NCBI RefSeq assembly: GCF_006345805.1
Contig: NC_043014.1
Coordinates: forward strand, 9,610,001 to 9,674,000
Direction: 5' to 3'
DNA length: 64,000 nucleotides
Source: Octopus sinensis
Lineage: Eukaryota
A model generated the notes under the pieces. The model searched no databases. It was not told the origin of the DNA and worked only from the letters and a program-made list of their open reading frames with translations. Each line of letters starts with the position of its first letter. Position 1 is the first letter of the stretch. Positions 1 through 14,749 of this stretch are shown in pieces. Made by a program: the position numbers and the translations under genes.

Positions 1-22
1 CAACGCCGGGCGATACTGATAG
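1..22 (+). mobile_element. 3' terminus of a non-autonomous Helitron-like element, cut by the window edge
   Basis: CAACGCCGGGCGATACTGATAG is identical to the 3' end of the element at 25195-25590 and matches the reverse complement of the end at 39183. Confidence 0.7.
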
Positions 23-95
23 TATATATATATATATATATATATAGTATATATATATATATATATATTATATATAATATTATATATATATATAT

Positions 96-129
<34 letters not shown>

Positions 130-166
130 ATATTATATATATATATGATATATTATAATATTTATA

Positions 167-220
<54 letters not shown>

Positions 221-290
221 ATATATTTATTTTATATATATATATCTATATTTTATATATATATTATTTTATATATGTATGTATGTATGT
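23..290. repeat. Imperfect (TA)n microsatellite
   Basis: Direct reading. Confidence 0.95.
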
Positions 291-1136
291 GTATATAAAC
301 TTGAATTGATTAGAGTTAATCTAGGTTAAATATCTTTAAAAGTTTCTTTAAAATCGGAACAGCCGAGAAGTCATATATACACCCACCCACAGAAAACACA
401 TGCGTATATATAAGTATATGCTCATACACATATACATACATACGTGAATGTGTGTATGTATGTATGTATGTATGTATGTATGCATTTATGCTTATATATG
501 TAAGTGTGTATGATTAGCAGTCCGCGCAGTATACCTATGGGATTAAACTGGGGAAGAAACAATATTAGTATATTAAATTTTATAGACTATACAATTTTGC
601 AGATCACAATATTTTGAAAAGTACTTTCGTAAATTTAATTAATTCTGATGAAAGTTATTATTTTAGAGTATGAAAAATACAATACGAATTTCCAGACAAC
701 ATTAGATCGAGTTGAAACTCTGGTCTAGAAAAAAAAATGTCTCTGAAACAACAGGCACACAGTTTAGATAGGAATGGTAACAGATCTTGCAAAAGTACAT
801 TGCTTGCACATATTTTTACCCTTTCCCCCTCTCCCACACCCTCACACACTCTCTGTCTTTTTCTCTCTCTGTCTCACACACTCTCTCTCTCCCTCTCTCT
901 CAGAAATATAATAAATACACACCACATATATATATATATATAAATATATATATAGATAAATATATATGTATACATAAATACATATATATTATATAAATAC
1001 ATATATATATAAATACATATATAAATAAATACATATTAAATATATATATATATATATATATCTATATATATAGAAATATATATATATATAAAAATATATA
1101 ATCTATCTATCTATAATATATCTATAATATATATAT

Positions 1137-1167
<31 letters not shown>

Positions 1168-1293
1168 ATGTGAATAGAAAGATGAATAATCTGTTGTAGA
1201 TTAATCAAAAGTTAACGATACTTAGTAGCAAAAAACAATATATTTATATATGAACGTATGTATTTATGTATTTATGTATATTTGTGTGTCTGA

Positions 1294-1336
<43 letters not shown>

Positions 1337-2093
1337 AATGTGTATGTCTGTGTGTGTTTCTATTTCTACCGAATAAATGCCTGGCCAGTGTTGCAATAAA
1401 TCTATTTTGTATCTCCTTCCCTGTGGCCATATATCTGCGCAGGTAAACAAAATCACTCACACCAACGTTCACAGCAAGACACACAAACACACACACACAC
1501 ACATCAATACTTTCGAAAGCTTTCCATCGCAGCATACGCTGTTTTCGCCTGTTATACGCTTTATATTTTCTCTGACAGTTAATCGTATATTTGCTCCAGC
1601 TCAAACCGAAAAGAAATTATAAAAATACGTTTTCACAAGAAATACACACACGTCATTTACTAAACTGCTTTGAGTAAGCTTAATAATAAAACATGTTTTG
1701 ATGTGGGCGATTCAGTGTCTGTTCTCTGCATTCCTATGAAAGCCTGACATAATAAATATTCCATTGCTGCCATACATCTCAAAGAATATCTCTAAGAAAA
1801 ATTCATGAACTAGGATCACGTCAATCTTATGGCAGGCTTCTATCTCACTTGGCCGACATTATTTTGCATTGCTTTCAAGTTCATTTTCTTCTCTATTAAT
1901 TTCTATTTTAATTTTCTGTTGACACATTTCAATGCCACTCTATTCCTTTACCAATCATTTTTCTCCCTTATTTCAATTTATATCGGATTTCCCTCTTCTT
2001 TTTTCTCCACAACTCGTCTTAGTATATTTTATGATGCTTTGCAACAATTGTATATTCTTGTCTACTCTAGGCATAAGGCCCAAATATTTTTTG

Positions 2094-2094
<1 letters not shown>

Positions 2095-2128
<34 letters not shown>

Positions 2129-2168
2129 TGTGTGTGTGTGTATGCATATATATATATATACATATATA

Positions 2169-2210
<42 letters not shown>

Positions 2211-2423
2211 ATATATATATGCATATATATATGTATGCATATATATATATATACACATATATATATATGCATACATATATGTATGCATATTATATATTAT
2301 ACATATATATATATATGCATACATATATGTATGCATATATATATATATATATATATATACATAATATATATCATACATATATGTATGCATATATATATAT
2401 ATACATATATTATATATGTATGC

Positions 2424-2458
<35 letters not shown>

Positions 2459-2485
2459 CATATATATATGCATATATATGTATGC

Positions 2486-2519
<34 letters not shown>

Positions 2520-2892
2520 GTATGCATATATATATACATATATATATATATACATATATATATATGCATATATATGTATGCATATATATATATATATATA
2601 TATGTATGCATATATATACATATATAAGTATATATGTATGCATATATATATATATGTATGCATATATATATATATATGTATGCATATAGTATATAATTGT
2701 ATGCATATATATATATATATGTATGCATATATATATATATATAAGTATATATGTATGCATAATATATATATATAAGTATATATGTATGCATATATATATA
2801 TATAAGTATATATGTATGCATATTATATTATATAAGTATATATGTATGCATATATATATTATATAAGTATATATGTATGCATATATTATATA

Positions 2893-2923
<31 letters not shown>

Positions 2924-2956
2924 GTATGGTATATATATATTATATATTATAATATG

Positions 2957-2987
<31 letters not shown>

Positions 2988-3101
2988 GTATGCATATATA
3001 TATAATATGTATATGTATGCATATATATATATATGTATAGTATGCATATATATATATATGTGTGTATATGTATGCATATATATATATATATATATATATA
3101 G

Positions 3102-3139
<38 letters not shown>

Positions 3140-3214
3140 TTGTGTGTGTGTAATTTTCTAGATGGTATAATTTAACTTTTCTATATTGAAATAAATAAGG
3201 TGTTTTGTTTTCTA

Positions 3215-3260
<46 letters not shown>

Positions 3261-3403
3261 TATATATATATATATTATATATATGTATATATATATATAT
3301 ATATATAGTATATATATATATATATATATATAGATATATATATATAATATATATATACATATATATATATAATTATATATATATACATATATATTATAAT
3401 ATA

Positions 3404-3450
<47 letters not shown>

Positions 3451-3466
3451 ATACATCTATATATAG

Positions 3467-3511
<45 letters not shown>

Positions 3512-3560
3512 TATATATATTACACATATATATATATATATATATATTATAACATATATA
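2095..3560. repeat. About 1.4 kb imperfect (TA)n tract with recurrent TATGCATA/GTATGCAT subunits
   Basis: Direct reading; explains the YIYI-type ORFs on both strands. Confidence 0.95.
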
Positions 3561-4151
3561 TATATATATATATTGTGAAATTTGATTATGTATTTCGAAA
3601 TTGAATTTTCCCTGTACGTTTGGAATGATATTCCCTTATATGATCTATATATATATATATGTGTGTGTATATGTGTGTGAGAGTGTGTGTGTGTATTTGA
3701 GTTTGAACGCATGTGTGATTGTTTGTGCCTAGTAAACTTATAACTAACTGAATGTAACATACGATATATAGAAATCAAATGATCGGTCTAGGATATGAAA
3801 ACAAAATGAATAACGATTGAATAAACCTATGAACGTAAACCGTTCGTTATAAGATACAGTACATGAATATGTATAAATAACTTATAATCACATATTCTGT
3901 TTCTTCGGGATATCTGAAAACTTTCGGCTTCTGCCAACCTATATTTATCCCCCCGAATATTCATGCGGAAATATTATTTGTTAAACAAGTGCAGTCGGAT
4001 GAATACCCGATCGATTACAACGGCAACAACAAGAAATGGGTGATATGAAACGGCAGCTCAATAACCCGGTGACTTGGCATGTAGCACGCTGAATTCGTGT
4101 TCCGCATGCCAGTTCTCTTCCCAATATGGTGACATTCATAAAAAGTAGCTA

Positions 4152-4335
4152 TATCTTTACTACCCACAAGGGGCTAAACAGAGAGAGGACAAAAAAGGAC
4201 AGACAAACTGATTAAGTCGATTACATCGACCCCAGTGCGTAACTGGTACTTATTTAATTGACCCCTAAAGGATGAAAGGCAAAGTCGACTGCGGCGGAAT
4301 TTGAACACAGAACGTAGCGACAGACGAAATACCTA
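4152..4335 (-). mobile_element. SINE family A, 5'-truncated
   Basis: Reverse complement matches the family body GTTCTGAGTTCAAATTCCGCCGAGGTCGACTTTGCC and tail TTTAGCCCCTTGTGGGTAGTAAAGA, seen in many copies in the window. Confidence 0.85.
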
Positions 4336-5083
4336 TTTTTTACAAACATTGCAGAAACAGAAAATATGGATTCTCTTTTTTGGGGCTGTTTATCAACACT
4401 CTTATGGGAAAGATTGTGAAATTTAATTATGCAATTAAAGCGTTAAATATTTATTCAATCACATGCATTGATTATTAATTGATTTGTAAGAAAACTTATT
4501 TACAAGCTTGTAGAATGCGTTGTCATTATTGGAAAAAAACCTGCATGAATGGGAAACCGCTAATCTTCATGGTGGAGAAATAAGTTGAAATTTCACCGAA
4601 AACGACACCATAGCAACTAAATATACAGTATTGATGAAACGTTTATTTAGAAAATTATTGAGCAGAACGTATGAATATATTTCTCTCGTTGCCAATAATC
4701 CCCAACGTCTACGACAATTTGCATACACAGATTTGTTTCTTGGCGTATTTATATGAAAATGAAATATAAATATTATAGATGAGACGTAACAGGATTGCTA
4801 CTGTTTTTAACATTTTCGCATTAAAATTTCTGCTATGAAAATAAAGAAACCCTAAATATACCAGAAATGCATAAAACTATTCCCATACTGCATGTGCAAG
4901 GAACATTAGGAGCTGCACTAGATATGAGCATTTCTAAAATCATTCTTTTACATAGACATAGCAGTGAAATGCATCAATTGGACCATATAGATTTTAAAAT
5001 GGGAAGCAAATTCTTGCATGAAATCCTGGAGGTAATGAATTATGAAGCAAAAATAAAGACAGCGGATTTGACTTGATATATAT

Positions 5084-5132
<49 letters not shown>

Positions 5133-5223
5133 GTATGTGTGTGTATGTGTGTTTGTATGTGTGTAACTATATACATTGCATCTCACATTATTAGGCAAAT
5201 CAACATTCTCTTAATAAATAAGT

Positions 5224-5387
5224 CTGGCCCTTTGAGTAACAGGTGCTACTCATTTTTTACCAGCTCAGTGAACAGGAGCAACCTGAAATAAAGTGTCTTG
5301 CTCAAGCACACCACGCGTTTCCGGGAATGAGACCCACGGCCTTACGATCGTAAACCGAACACCCTAACCACTAAGCCACGCGTCTTC
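5224..5387 (-). mobile_element. SINE family B (tRNA-derived head)
   Basis: Reverse complement begins GCGTGGCTTAGTGGTTAGGGTGTTCGG (A box), followed by a degenerate B box and TTGAGCAAGACACTTTATTTCA. Confidence 0.8.
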
Positions 5388-5724
5388 ACAAACACACACA
5401 CAATGTTTCATTTAACAAATCTACACTTTGTATATGTAACAGGTTTATATATATATCTGAATTGCAATGTATAAATACCTATGTAGGTAAACATAATATA
5501 AAATGTGACCTGCATAAAATGCAGGAAAATGCATACAAAAATGTACATCCAAACATTGAACATGGTTACATAAATATTCACTTATGTAAATAACAATAAA
5601 TTTTCCTCTAAGCTGAAAGTTTCACGCACAGATACCTCTACAGGCTAGCATCAAACAAATTGCATCCTGCTTTAATGCAATGCCGTTTATATATTAGAAA
5701 CAGAGTCAGTGTTAATACCGAGTG

Positions 5725-5920
5725 GTAATATTTTATCTCCAGTTAAACGTGGATACTCTGTTTGAAGGAGCTATAGTGCTAAAGATACCATGAGAGATAC
5801 TCTGTGCCAAAAAGCTAATATCAAATCTACTCTCATCGTATCTACTGCAGTATAATTTCTTGAAACAGAGCATCCGCTTTTAGTGGGGATAAATATTACT
5901 TCTCTGAATGTCATAAGAAA
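5725..5920. mobile_element. Old MITE-like inverted repeat
   Basis: GTAATATTTTATCTCCAGTTAAACGTGGATACTCTGTTT is an imperfect inverted repeat of AAACAGAGCATCCGCTTTTAGTGGGGATAAATATTAC; there is also an inner pair AGATACCATGAGAG/CTCTCATCGTATCT. Confidence 0.55.
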
Positions 5921-6568
5921 AACAAATAAGTATAAATATTTAGTAATGTTTTATGAATTCGTATTCCCCATAATATTGATTATTTTACTCTTATTTGCAT
6001 GTAGACCACGCGAGGCTTCGCAGAGGTAGATTGGGTAAATAAAGTTTTAAATTAACAGCATTAGCATTGGAGAATTTATTTTATCGAGGAGTTGATAAAT
6101 GATAAAAGATCAAAAGGAGAATATATCTTGTCAGTGCAAGAAAATTTTCCAGTGTTTTCAGGCAATGAAAATATCCAGATAGCAAAAGAATGTAAAGGGT
6201 GATAGCTGTAAATGATGGGGGAAATAAATTCAGATTACTACAGATGAGAGATGTGGATAGAAGAAGCCTGAAATACTTCAATGTTTGCAAAGAAGAAATG
6301 AGGACAATCTTACTTAGTCCATCGAAGCCAAGAGATAATGTATTTTTCTATTAGATATTTATCATATCGTCTCTAAGAAAGATGTGCTGTTTCAGACAAC
6401 ATATTTGACTCTAGCTACCACATATTTTTATGCATGTATGTGTGTATGTATGTATTTATGTATGTGTATATATGCATATATAGATAGATGGAAGGTATTA
6501 TATAGTTTCGCTGGTAGGTACATACAGAGACAGTTAGACAGACTGCCAAATAGAATTTTATATGTATA

Positions 6569-7340
6569 TACAGAGTGCGATGGGTAAATTGTGATCATTT
6601 TATATTTTTTTAATTTAACGCATGCACATTGTTTCTTTTTGATTTTGTCGACAACCCAGTATAGTTGGGTCAGTTGGGCACCGTCTGCGAGACAATCAGC
6701 ACCTTGACGTTATTCACTCCGCCAGAGGTTTAGAAACGACATGCTGTATTGTTTGGCATTCACGGTATATGGGTGTCAATCTGCGGACAGTGCAATCTGT
6801 GTACATATAACCGAGAGTTTTAAAATTCAAACATCCAGTCAAAATCATAGTGTTTGCAGTGTTAGCTAGTGGCGGGAATTTCATACCACCATTCATCTTC
6901 CCATACGGCCTCAGGCTCAGCAGGGAGGCCTACACTAAGTGCCTGGGGGAGTAAGTGCTGCTCTGGGTCGAAAAGGTGACTGCTGGAAGACCCTTCTGGC
7001 AAAAGGACTAGTGCCAAACAAGCAGGAGAACCATGTCATAGTTGTCAAACAATTTCTGCGACCACATCACATCTACATCTTGCCACCTAACTATCCAGGC
7101 TGCAACCCTCTTCATAAATATGTTTGGGGCACAGTTGAGCGAAAGACCAACAAAACTCCTTGTAACACTAAAGAAGAACTGAAGGTAAGGATTATAGCAG
7201 CATTCAGAAGATTATGGTAGCATTCAGACCGTCCAGAAGAGTTACAGCAGATTCCTAAGTCTTCTGGAGTGGGTGGTTGAAGCCAATGACGATTTTATTG
7301 AAAAAATTTATTCTTTAGTTTATGAAAATGTCAGTGTTAT
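6569..7340 (+). mobile_element. Degenerate Tc1/mariner-superfamily transposon (transposase C-terminal remnant)
   Basis: Starts TA|CAGAGTGCGATGGGTAAATTG (TIR-like). Frameshifted translation gives KHPVKIIVF...PPFIFPYGLRL...PPNYPGCNPLHKYVWGTVERKTNKTPCNTKEELKVRIIAAF, resembling the WPPNSPDLNPLDY motif. Confidence 0.75.
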
Positions 7341-7367
7341 TTTCATTTTTATACACACATATATATA

Positions 7368-7399
<32 letters not shown>

Positions 7400-8032
7400 G
7401 TGTGTAAGTGTGTGCGTCTACTAAAGTTAAAGTGACAAATTATAATAAGACAATTAGATGACATGAGAGTAGATGACTGACAAAGATACCACATGAAACT
7501 GAGGAATAATTTAAAGCCATGAGTAGAACGATATTTTACTCGTTAGCATAGCTAATTTTTATGGGCCGTTATTAAGCTAAAAGTAACGACTGATATTATA
7601 TACCTCATCCTGAAGTAATTATGTCCAAAAAAGATTTATTTCTGAGATATTTATTTTAAGATAAAAATCTAAGATTTTGTCTGAAATGCCAGTAGGATCA
7701 TAACAGCTTAGACTGCAATACCGTTTAATGTACGTATCGATTCTATAAGAATAAATGTAGTATAGTTTAGACATTAACAGATCGTTAATGGAAAGATTAC
7801 AGACAACGGAAATATATATGGCACCTTACACCACAATATAGAGAAATTACTTCCAGAATATTAGAAAGTGTCATTAAAGTTGCTAAATTAACCTTACTGG
7901 AAATCGAAGACAATGACAATATTAAATAATGCCAAGTGATAAAGCGACTAAATATCTCCAAATCTTTCTGGAACTTGAGAATAACTTCCTGCATTAATAA
8001 CTCCAAAAATAATTTTATTATTAGTTTATTTA

Positions 8033-8550
8033 AAGATGGCGTACTGACAAAACCGTTAGCGGTATTTTAATGCGGCGAGCTAGGAGAAACGTTAGCACGT
8101 CGGGCGAAATGCTTTGCGGTATTTCATTTGCCGCTACGTTCTGAGTTCAAATTCCGCCGAGGTCGACTTTGCCGTTCATCGTTTCGGGTTCGATTAAATA
8201 AGTACCAGTTACGCACTGGGGTTGATATAATCAGCTTAATCCGTTTGTCTGTCCTTGTTTGTCCTCTCTGTGTTTAGCCCCCGTGTGGGTAGTAGAGAAA
8301 TAGGTATTTTAAGGCGTCGAGCTGGCAGAAACGTTAGCACGCCGGGCGAAGTGCTTTGCGGTATTTCGTCTGCCGCTATGTTCTGAGTTCAAATTTCGCC
8401 GAGGTCGACTTTGCCTTTCATCCTTTCAGGGTCGATTAAATATGTACCAGTTACGCACTGGCGTCGTTGTAATCAACTTAATCCGTTTGTCTGTCCTTGT
8501 TTGTCCCCTCTTTGTTTAGCCCCTGGTGGGTGGTAAAGAAATAGGTATTT
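8033..8550 (+). mobile_element. Tandem SINE A copies (head-to-tail)
   Basis: Two near-complete units, about 8070-8305 and 8310-8545, with GGCGGCGAGCTGGCAGAAACGTTAGCACG heads. Confidence 0.85.
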
Positions 8551-9672
8551 TGACCGCTTTACGTTCGGAGTTCAGATTGTACTGAGATAGAATTAGCTTT
8601 TTCATCCTTTCGGGGCCAATGAAAGACAAGTACCACTCGATCGCTGAGATTCATGTAAACGGCCATCACCTCCCCCAAAATTGCATGCCTTGTGTCTATA
8701 ATAGAAGGGATTATTATTTCATTGGAGGGTGGCCATGGGGAAGAAAAATCAATATGACAGGAAAATGCTTAATAGCATTTCCTCCTGCTTCACGTTCTAT
8801 GTTCAAATACTACGAGATCAACTTTGCAATAACGTGGTCCATTACATTTTCGCACTGGTGTCGATTTAATAAAACTAGCACCTCCCAGTAAAATGACAGG
8901 CTTTGTGGCTATCGTAGAAAAAAATCATAAGTTCATTCTAGAAAACGCTGAAGCAGGTCTTCATTGTCGTCAATGTTTTTGAATGACACAAATTAGCGCC
9001 AGTGATACGAAACAAAAACTGTATATATTCGTTTAAGTTATAAAAATTTTGTTATTGTCTGTGTCATTTAAAGTTTCAATAATTTCTGGGACACTAATAA
9101 AGATTTACCATTCTATTGTATCAAGTAATTAACCTGTGTGTTACAAGTGTTTTACAATTTCATATTTGACTTTTAAATAAGTTGACCTCTATCATAAATT
9201 TCGTAAAGGTGTACTCCGCAGCAAATAGCATTCACACGTTTCTTAAACTGCTGTATTGCCTTATCTTCAAAATGTCAACACATTTGCCGCATAAAGTGTG
9301 TTTGCAGGGACAATAAATTCGATAGGGAATGTCAAACTTAATGTAAACGTCAGTACTTTGACTTTAAACATACATATAATTGACCTGTAACATTTTCGTA
9401 TTTGCGCCGCATTCCTACATAAAATTTATGGCGACCATAACAAAATTTGCTTAGAGCGTGAAAAAGCAATTTCTCTTAAAATATCCTTTCAAAGTTGAAT
9501 CTTCACTTACTAGCGAAATTTAATGCAGTCCAAAACTTATTCATATATATAGTTCCATTCACAATGTATATATGTATTCTGGCCTTTCAATAGATAAGAT
9601 TTATCCCTCCCCAGATGGACAAAATTTTTATTGGATTTTCTATCCTGGAACGATATATTGTATATATGTATG

Positions 9673-9716
<44 letters not shown>

Positions 9717-9736
9717 ATAGACACATATATATATAG

Positions 9737-9891
<155 letters not shown>

Positions 9892-9904
9892 TGATAGATA
9901 GATA

Positions 9905-10125
9905 ATTCAAACATGAACAAAGAGAAATCACAAGAACGCGAGGACGTGAAATAGCTATAGTGTTATTGGACGCTCAGGAAAGGAAAAAAAAGAAGGCGGA
10001 CTTGAGGTTTCGAGCGGAGCTCTTCGTCAGAAATATAGAAAAAAACCCCCAAAAGTCCAAGGAAGGGAAGACTGAGAAAGAAAATCGCCAACGATGCACA
10101 CGTGGTTACATATTGAAATGACCGG
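9905..10125 (-). mobile_element. Short Penelope-like non-autonomous element with degenerate hammerhead motif
   Basis: Same family as 37150-37350; the minus strand reads CTGACGA-A-GAGC-TCC-GCTC-GAAAC at about 10001-10035. Confidence 0.5.
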
Positions 10126-10165
10126 AAGGAAATATATATATATATTTTGTAATTTTCTAATTTTG

Positions 10166-10219
<54 letters not shown>

Positions 10220-10224
10220 CATAC

Positions 10225-10268
<44 letters not shown>

Positions 10269-10345
10269 ACATACATAATATATATATATATACATACATA
10301 CATAATATATGCATATATATACATACATCATATATATAAACATAC

Positions 10346-10381
<36 letters not shown>

Positions 10382-10433
10382 CATACATAATATATGTATA
10401 TATATACATACATCATATATATAAACATACATC

Positions 10434-10465
<32 letters not shown>

Positions 10466-11529
10466 GTATGTATATATACAAACATTATAATTTAGAGCAA
10501 ACAGTAAAAGTTTGTCATTATAGTACTCAGGGCTTCGAATATCGGAGCTAAGAGCTGCGAGACATTGGCGTCAGATGTTCATGGCAACAGGCGTTATGTG
10601 TGGATATATATGTATGTATGAGTACGTACAAAAAGATATATATGTGTGTGTGTGTACATATATTAGCGTACAAAAACTCAATTGCTCAACGTTTTAAGTA
10701 TTGATAATGAAATTGCTTTAAAATGTTTTAAAAATTTGATTTGGAAACGGAATTGCTTTAGATGCTGCTATTTTGACATGCGTCATTCCCGATTATGGTG
10801 GATTGGAGCACAAGAATTTAGTCTTTAAATAACTTCTTTCGCGGTTTTTTAGTGAGCTCCTTACCGAATAAAAAAAATAAAGGAATAAATACACTTTGAA
10901 TATATAACCTGTCTAAATGGAAGTCTCTACCAAAAATCCACCAGCATCAAAATTGACGTTAATTCCTAATTCCATTTAAACACTATGAATTTTTTAAGTT
11001 TATATATTTTGTGTTCCACCCGTCGAAATCACATGCAGTTTTTAATCTCCTGTAATCTTTAGCACACAGTAGGTTCATCGTGTCACCGAATGAGTTTTAT
11101 CCCTTGACGTAACAGGACAGTGACAGAGGAAACAGTTGTAGGGAAAATGCAAAGTTAAAAGTGAGAATAACTTAAGAGTCTGTTTTTACGCGAACGATAT
11201 TTTAATAATAAAAAACACACGTATTCGTTCTACATCAGTTCCTGTTTATTCGTTAATTGGATAGCTACGAAACCGACTAATCAATCGGTTGTCTTATTTA
11301 TCGTTCATTTAGTAATCAATCAGTTATGAATGCGTAAATAGTAATCCAAATACACAATAATAAAGAAGTGAAATAGAATCAGTGTGTGTGTGTTCATTAT
11401 TATCATAATAATCTTTCTGTGACACAGAAAAAGTTGTTTCGGAGTACGAGTTCGCATCAAGTGTATTGATTTCAAGATTTGGCACAACGCCAGCAATTTC
11501 TGTGGAGGGAATAAGTCGATAATAACGAT

Positions 11530-11861
11530 TTTAGTACACAACTGGTACTTATTTTACTGGCGCAAAATGGGTGAAAGGCAAAATCAGCCACGGTGAAATT
11601 TGAATTCAGAAAGTGAAGAAATGCCTATTTCTTTCCTACCCACAAAGATTTAAACACAGAGGGGACAAACAAGGACAGACAAACGGATGATTAAGTCGAT
11701 TACATCGACCCCAGTGCGTAAATGGTACTTAGTTTATCGATCCTGAAAGGATGAAAGGCAAAGTCGACCTCGGCGGAATTTGAACTCAGAACCTAACCGC
11801 AGACGAAATACCATTAAACATTTCGCCCGACGTGCTAACGTTTCTGCCAGCTCGCCGCCTT
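11530..11861 (-). mobile_element. SINE A (full unit plus partial tandem unit)
   Basis: Matches the family A consensus; head ends ...GCTCGCCGCCTT on the plus strand. Confidence 0.85.
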
Positions 11862-12502
11862 AGTTCACTCCAATAATTCATCAAGATAAATACAAAATAC
11901 GAACTATAGATGTTATAGTTTCTCTCAGACTTCCTCTCTAGTTCTCATTAAATATATTTCCTTGAAGAGTCTTTGAAGATATGAAACGAATGTTAAGCGG
12001 TTTCCTTCAACAGTCGGTACTCTGAGATCAAATCTCATTGAGACAACAACCGTGTTCACAGTCTGACCAGCTAAAGACATGGAGAACCTAGTATGTAGTA
12101 ACAAGAGTGTCTTTATGTGCTGTCTTAATATCGCCCGCAAGTAGGCCATTGCAAATATCTGCCATATTATCAGTGAATATATTGTCTTCCAAAACAAAAG
12201 CGGCGTACATAGCAGAGATTTGCATATTTAGGGAACAGATAGATTTCCAATAAAAAAAATATATATTGCAGAAGACCCTGTATATAGATGTGCGTAGTCT
12301 GTACATATTTTTCCTTAGATATTTGTTGATATGAATATTTAATATATCGTAGTATTGACACTCCATTACACTGTATCTCTTAACACATTTTTTTCACAAA
12401 AATTCTGGATTCGAAATCTTGTGACATCTTCTACCTTTGTTCCCGGATGATTTGTTATTGCATGAAGTTACATAAGCACACGCACACACATACACGTATG
12501 TG

Positions 12503-12563
<61 letters not shown>

Positions 12564-12660
12564 GTGTGTGTGTGTGCTTGTCTGTGTGTGTGTGTATATT
12601 ATATGTGTGTGTGTCTGTGAGTATAAAAGAGAACAATATATATGCTTATATATGAGTCTA

Positions 12661-13033
12661 CAGGGTGATTCAAAAGTCGCCATACATACGGACAATTTAT
12701 TTTTTATAAGGAACAGTTTAAAACAGTTTTTTCTTTATTATTTAACAGGCTCTATATGGTTACCATTGTTTTGAATACACATTGCAATACATTTACCCCA
12801 CTCATTGTGAACTCGTAATAGCATATCTGGTGATACGTGTGTAAAGGAGTTGGTGATGCGTTCCTTCAAATGATTTATATCTTTTATCTTTCCGCGATAC
12901 ACCATGCCTTTCAAATGCTCCCAAAGATAGAAATCAAGACGGGTCAGGTCAGAGAATCTAGGGGATCTTATAAACTGTTTCTTATTAAAATAAATAAAGT
13001 TTCCCTATGTATGGACACTTTTGAATCACCCTG
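12661..13033 (-). mobile_element. Internally deleted Tc1/mariner element (373 bp) with TIRs, TA TSD and transposase C-terminus
   Basis: TA|CAGGGTGATTCAAAAGT...ACTTTTGAATCACCCTG|TA, with imperfect TIRs of about 60 bp. The minus strand encodes PRFSDLTRLDFYLWEHLKGMVYRGKIKDINHLKERITNSF...QNNGNHIEPVK*. Confidence 0.9.
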
Positions 13034-13325
13034 TAGATTCAAATAAGCGTGACTGGACGAGCTAATTTATAAACCCCCTAAAATGATAACGATAAAAATA
13101 AACGACTTTTTATTTGACTTTTCCTTAAAATATTACCTACTGAGGACTGCTAGTTTGACTATCACGATGTTCCGTTTATGAATATCTGGGTCCACTTGTA
13201 TGAAACAATTGTATAGAAAGTGTGAACAATAAGCATTCTAAACCATTTTAAAATCCAGTTTCCTTCATTTCATAAATATCAATAAATTGGCTGAAATTTA
13301 TTTTTATAAGTTAAATCATATACTG

Positions 13326-13393
<68 letters not shown>

Positions 13394-14127
13394 TATATAT
13401 ATATATGTATATACATATATATACATATATATATGTATATATATACATATATACATATATATATATTTTTATATTTAATCAGTATGTGTATGTATATACA
13501 TATATATATTTAAAAACATATATGTATGTGTATATATATAACTCTGAGAATTGTGGTTGTTCTCTTACTGGGTGACATTTTAATTTTTCTAAACTCGGCG
13601 ATAAATTTTCAATGGAAGATTTTTGCAGTCTCAGCGGCTTTCCATTACATTCGTACAGGCCTTTTGTTAATTTACGGTACACATAGTAATTTCTTAGTGA
13701 CAAATATTTAAAACAAAGGAATAAGAACAATAAGCAGAACAAACGTTCATTCTCGTTGGAAAGAAAACTAAAGATCAATTATTTAACTTGAGTGCATCAA
13801 TCATATTTGTCTTATTCACTCGACGTAAATACAAAAAAAAAATACCCAAGGCAATTAGTACACTTTATACGATGCTTTCTATTTTTGATAGTTTCCTTAC
13901 AGCGTTTCGTGACGAATGCATTTCTGTATCCTGGCAAAAAAGCGCCAGGCGCATATAAACATTTATTTTTATATCGTAGTCGTATGTTAGTTTACTAAAC
14001 TTTCCAACTTTGATAATTGCACGCCTGCTTTATCGTTTTATACAATTATTCAAAAATTCTCGTTTCTGTTTTTCACTCACTTAAAATTGGAAAAAAAAAT
14101 TATTGGAGAATCATTCTGTGTTAATGT

Positions 14128-14610
14128 GAAGGCGTGTCGATTAGTGGATAGGGTGTCAGCATCATGATCGTAAGATTGTGGTTTCGATTCCTGGACCGGA
14201 CGATGCGTTGTGTTCTTGAGCAAAACACTTCATTTCACGTTGCTCCAGTCCACTCAGCTGGCAAAAATGAGTAACGCTGCGATGAACTGGCGTCCCATCC
14301 AGCTGGGGAACACATACGCCATAGAAACCTGGTAACCGGTCCCATGAGCCTGGCTAGGCTTTAAAAGGGTGAAGCGGAAGAGCATGGCTTAGTGGTTAGG
14401 GTATCAGCATCATGATCGTAAGATTGTGGTTTCGATTCCTGGACCGGGCGACGCGTTGTGTTCTTGAGCAAAACACTTCATTTCACGTTGCTCCAGTCCA
14501 CTCAGCTGGCAAAAATGAGTAGCGCTGCGATGGACTGGCGTCCCATCCAGCTGGGGAACACATACGCCATAGAAACCTGGTAGCCGGTCCCATGAGCCTG
14601 GCTAGGCTTT
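14128..14610 (+). mobile_element. Head-to-tail dimer of SINE B
   Basis: Two near-identical units of about 245 bp with A/B boxes (TGGCTTAGTGG, GTTTCGATTCC) and a GCGATGGACTGGCGTCCCATCCAG body. Confidence 0.85.
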
Positions 14611-14749
14611 AAAAGGGCGCATTTATTATTTTTAAAAATTCTTTGTTAATACTGCGAAATGAGCATTGACTGACAGGGCTTCTAACTAAGAATACAATCA
14701 CACACACAAACTCACATACACACATGTATCTGTATATACACATACATGA

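Noticed and set aside
640-700. CTGATGA...GAAA hammerhead-like spacing
   Set aside because: No stem II and no NUH triplet in register.
1932-3778. Long ORFs rich in Y/I/C/M/H (also at 9.6-10.5, 36.7-37.4 and 46.1-46.8 kb)
   Set aside because: They are translations of TA/CA/TG microsatellites, which lack stops in several frames.
10515-10560. YSGLRISEL, resembling a tyrosine-recombinase motif
   Set aside because: There is a stop immediately upstream and no other YR motifs; likely chance.
11925-12366. Overlapping 60-90-aa minus-strand ORFs in unique DNA
   Set aside because: No recognisable motif or consistent splice sites.
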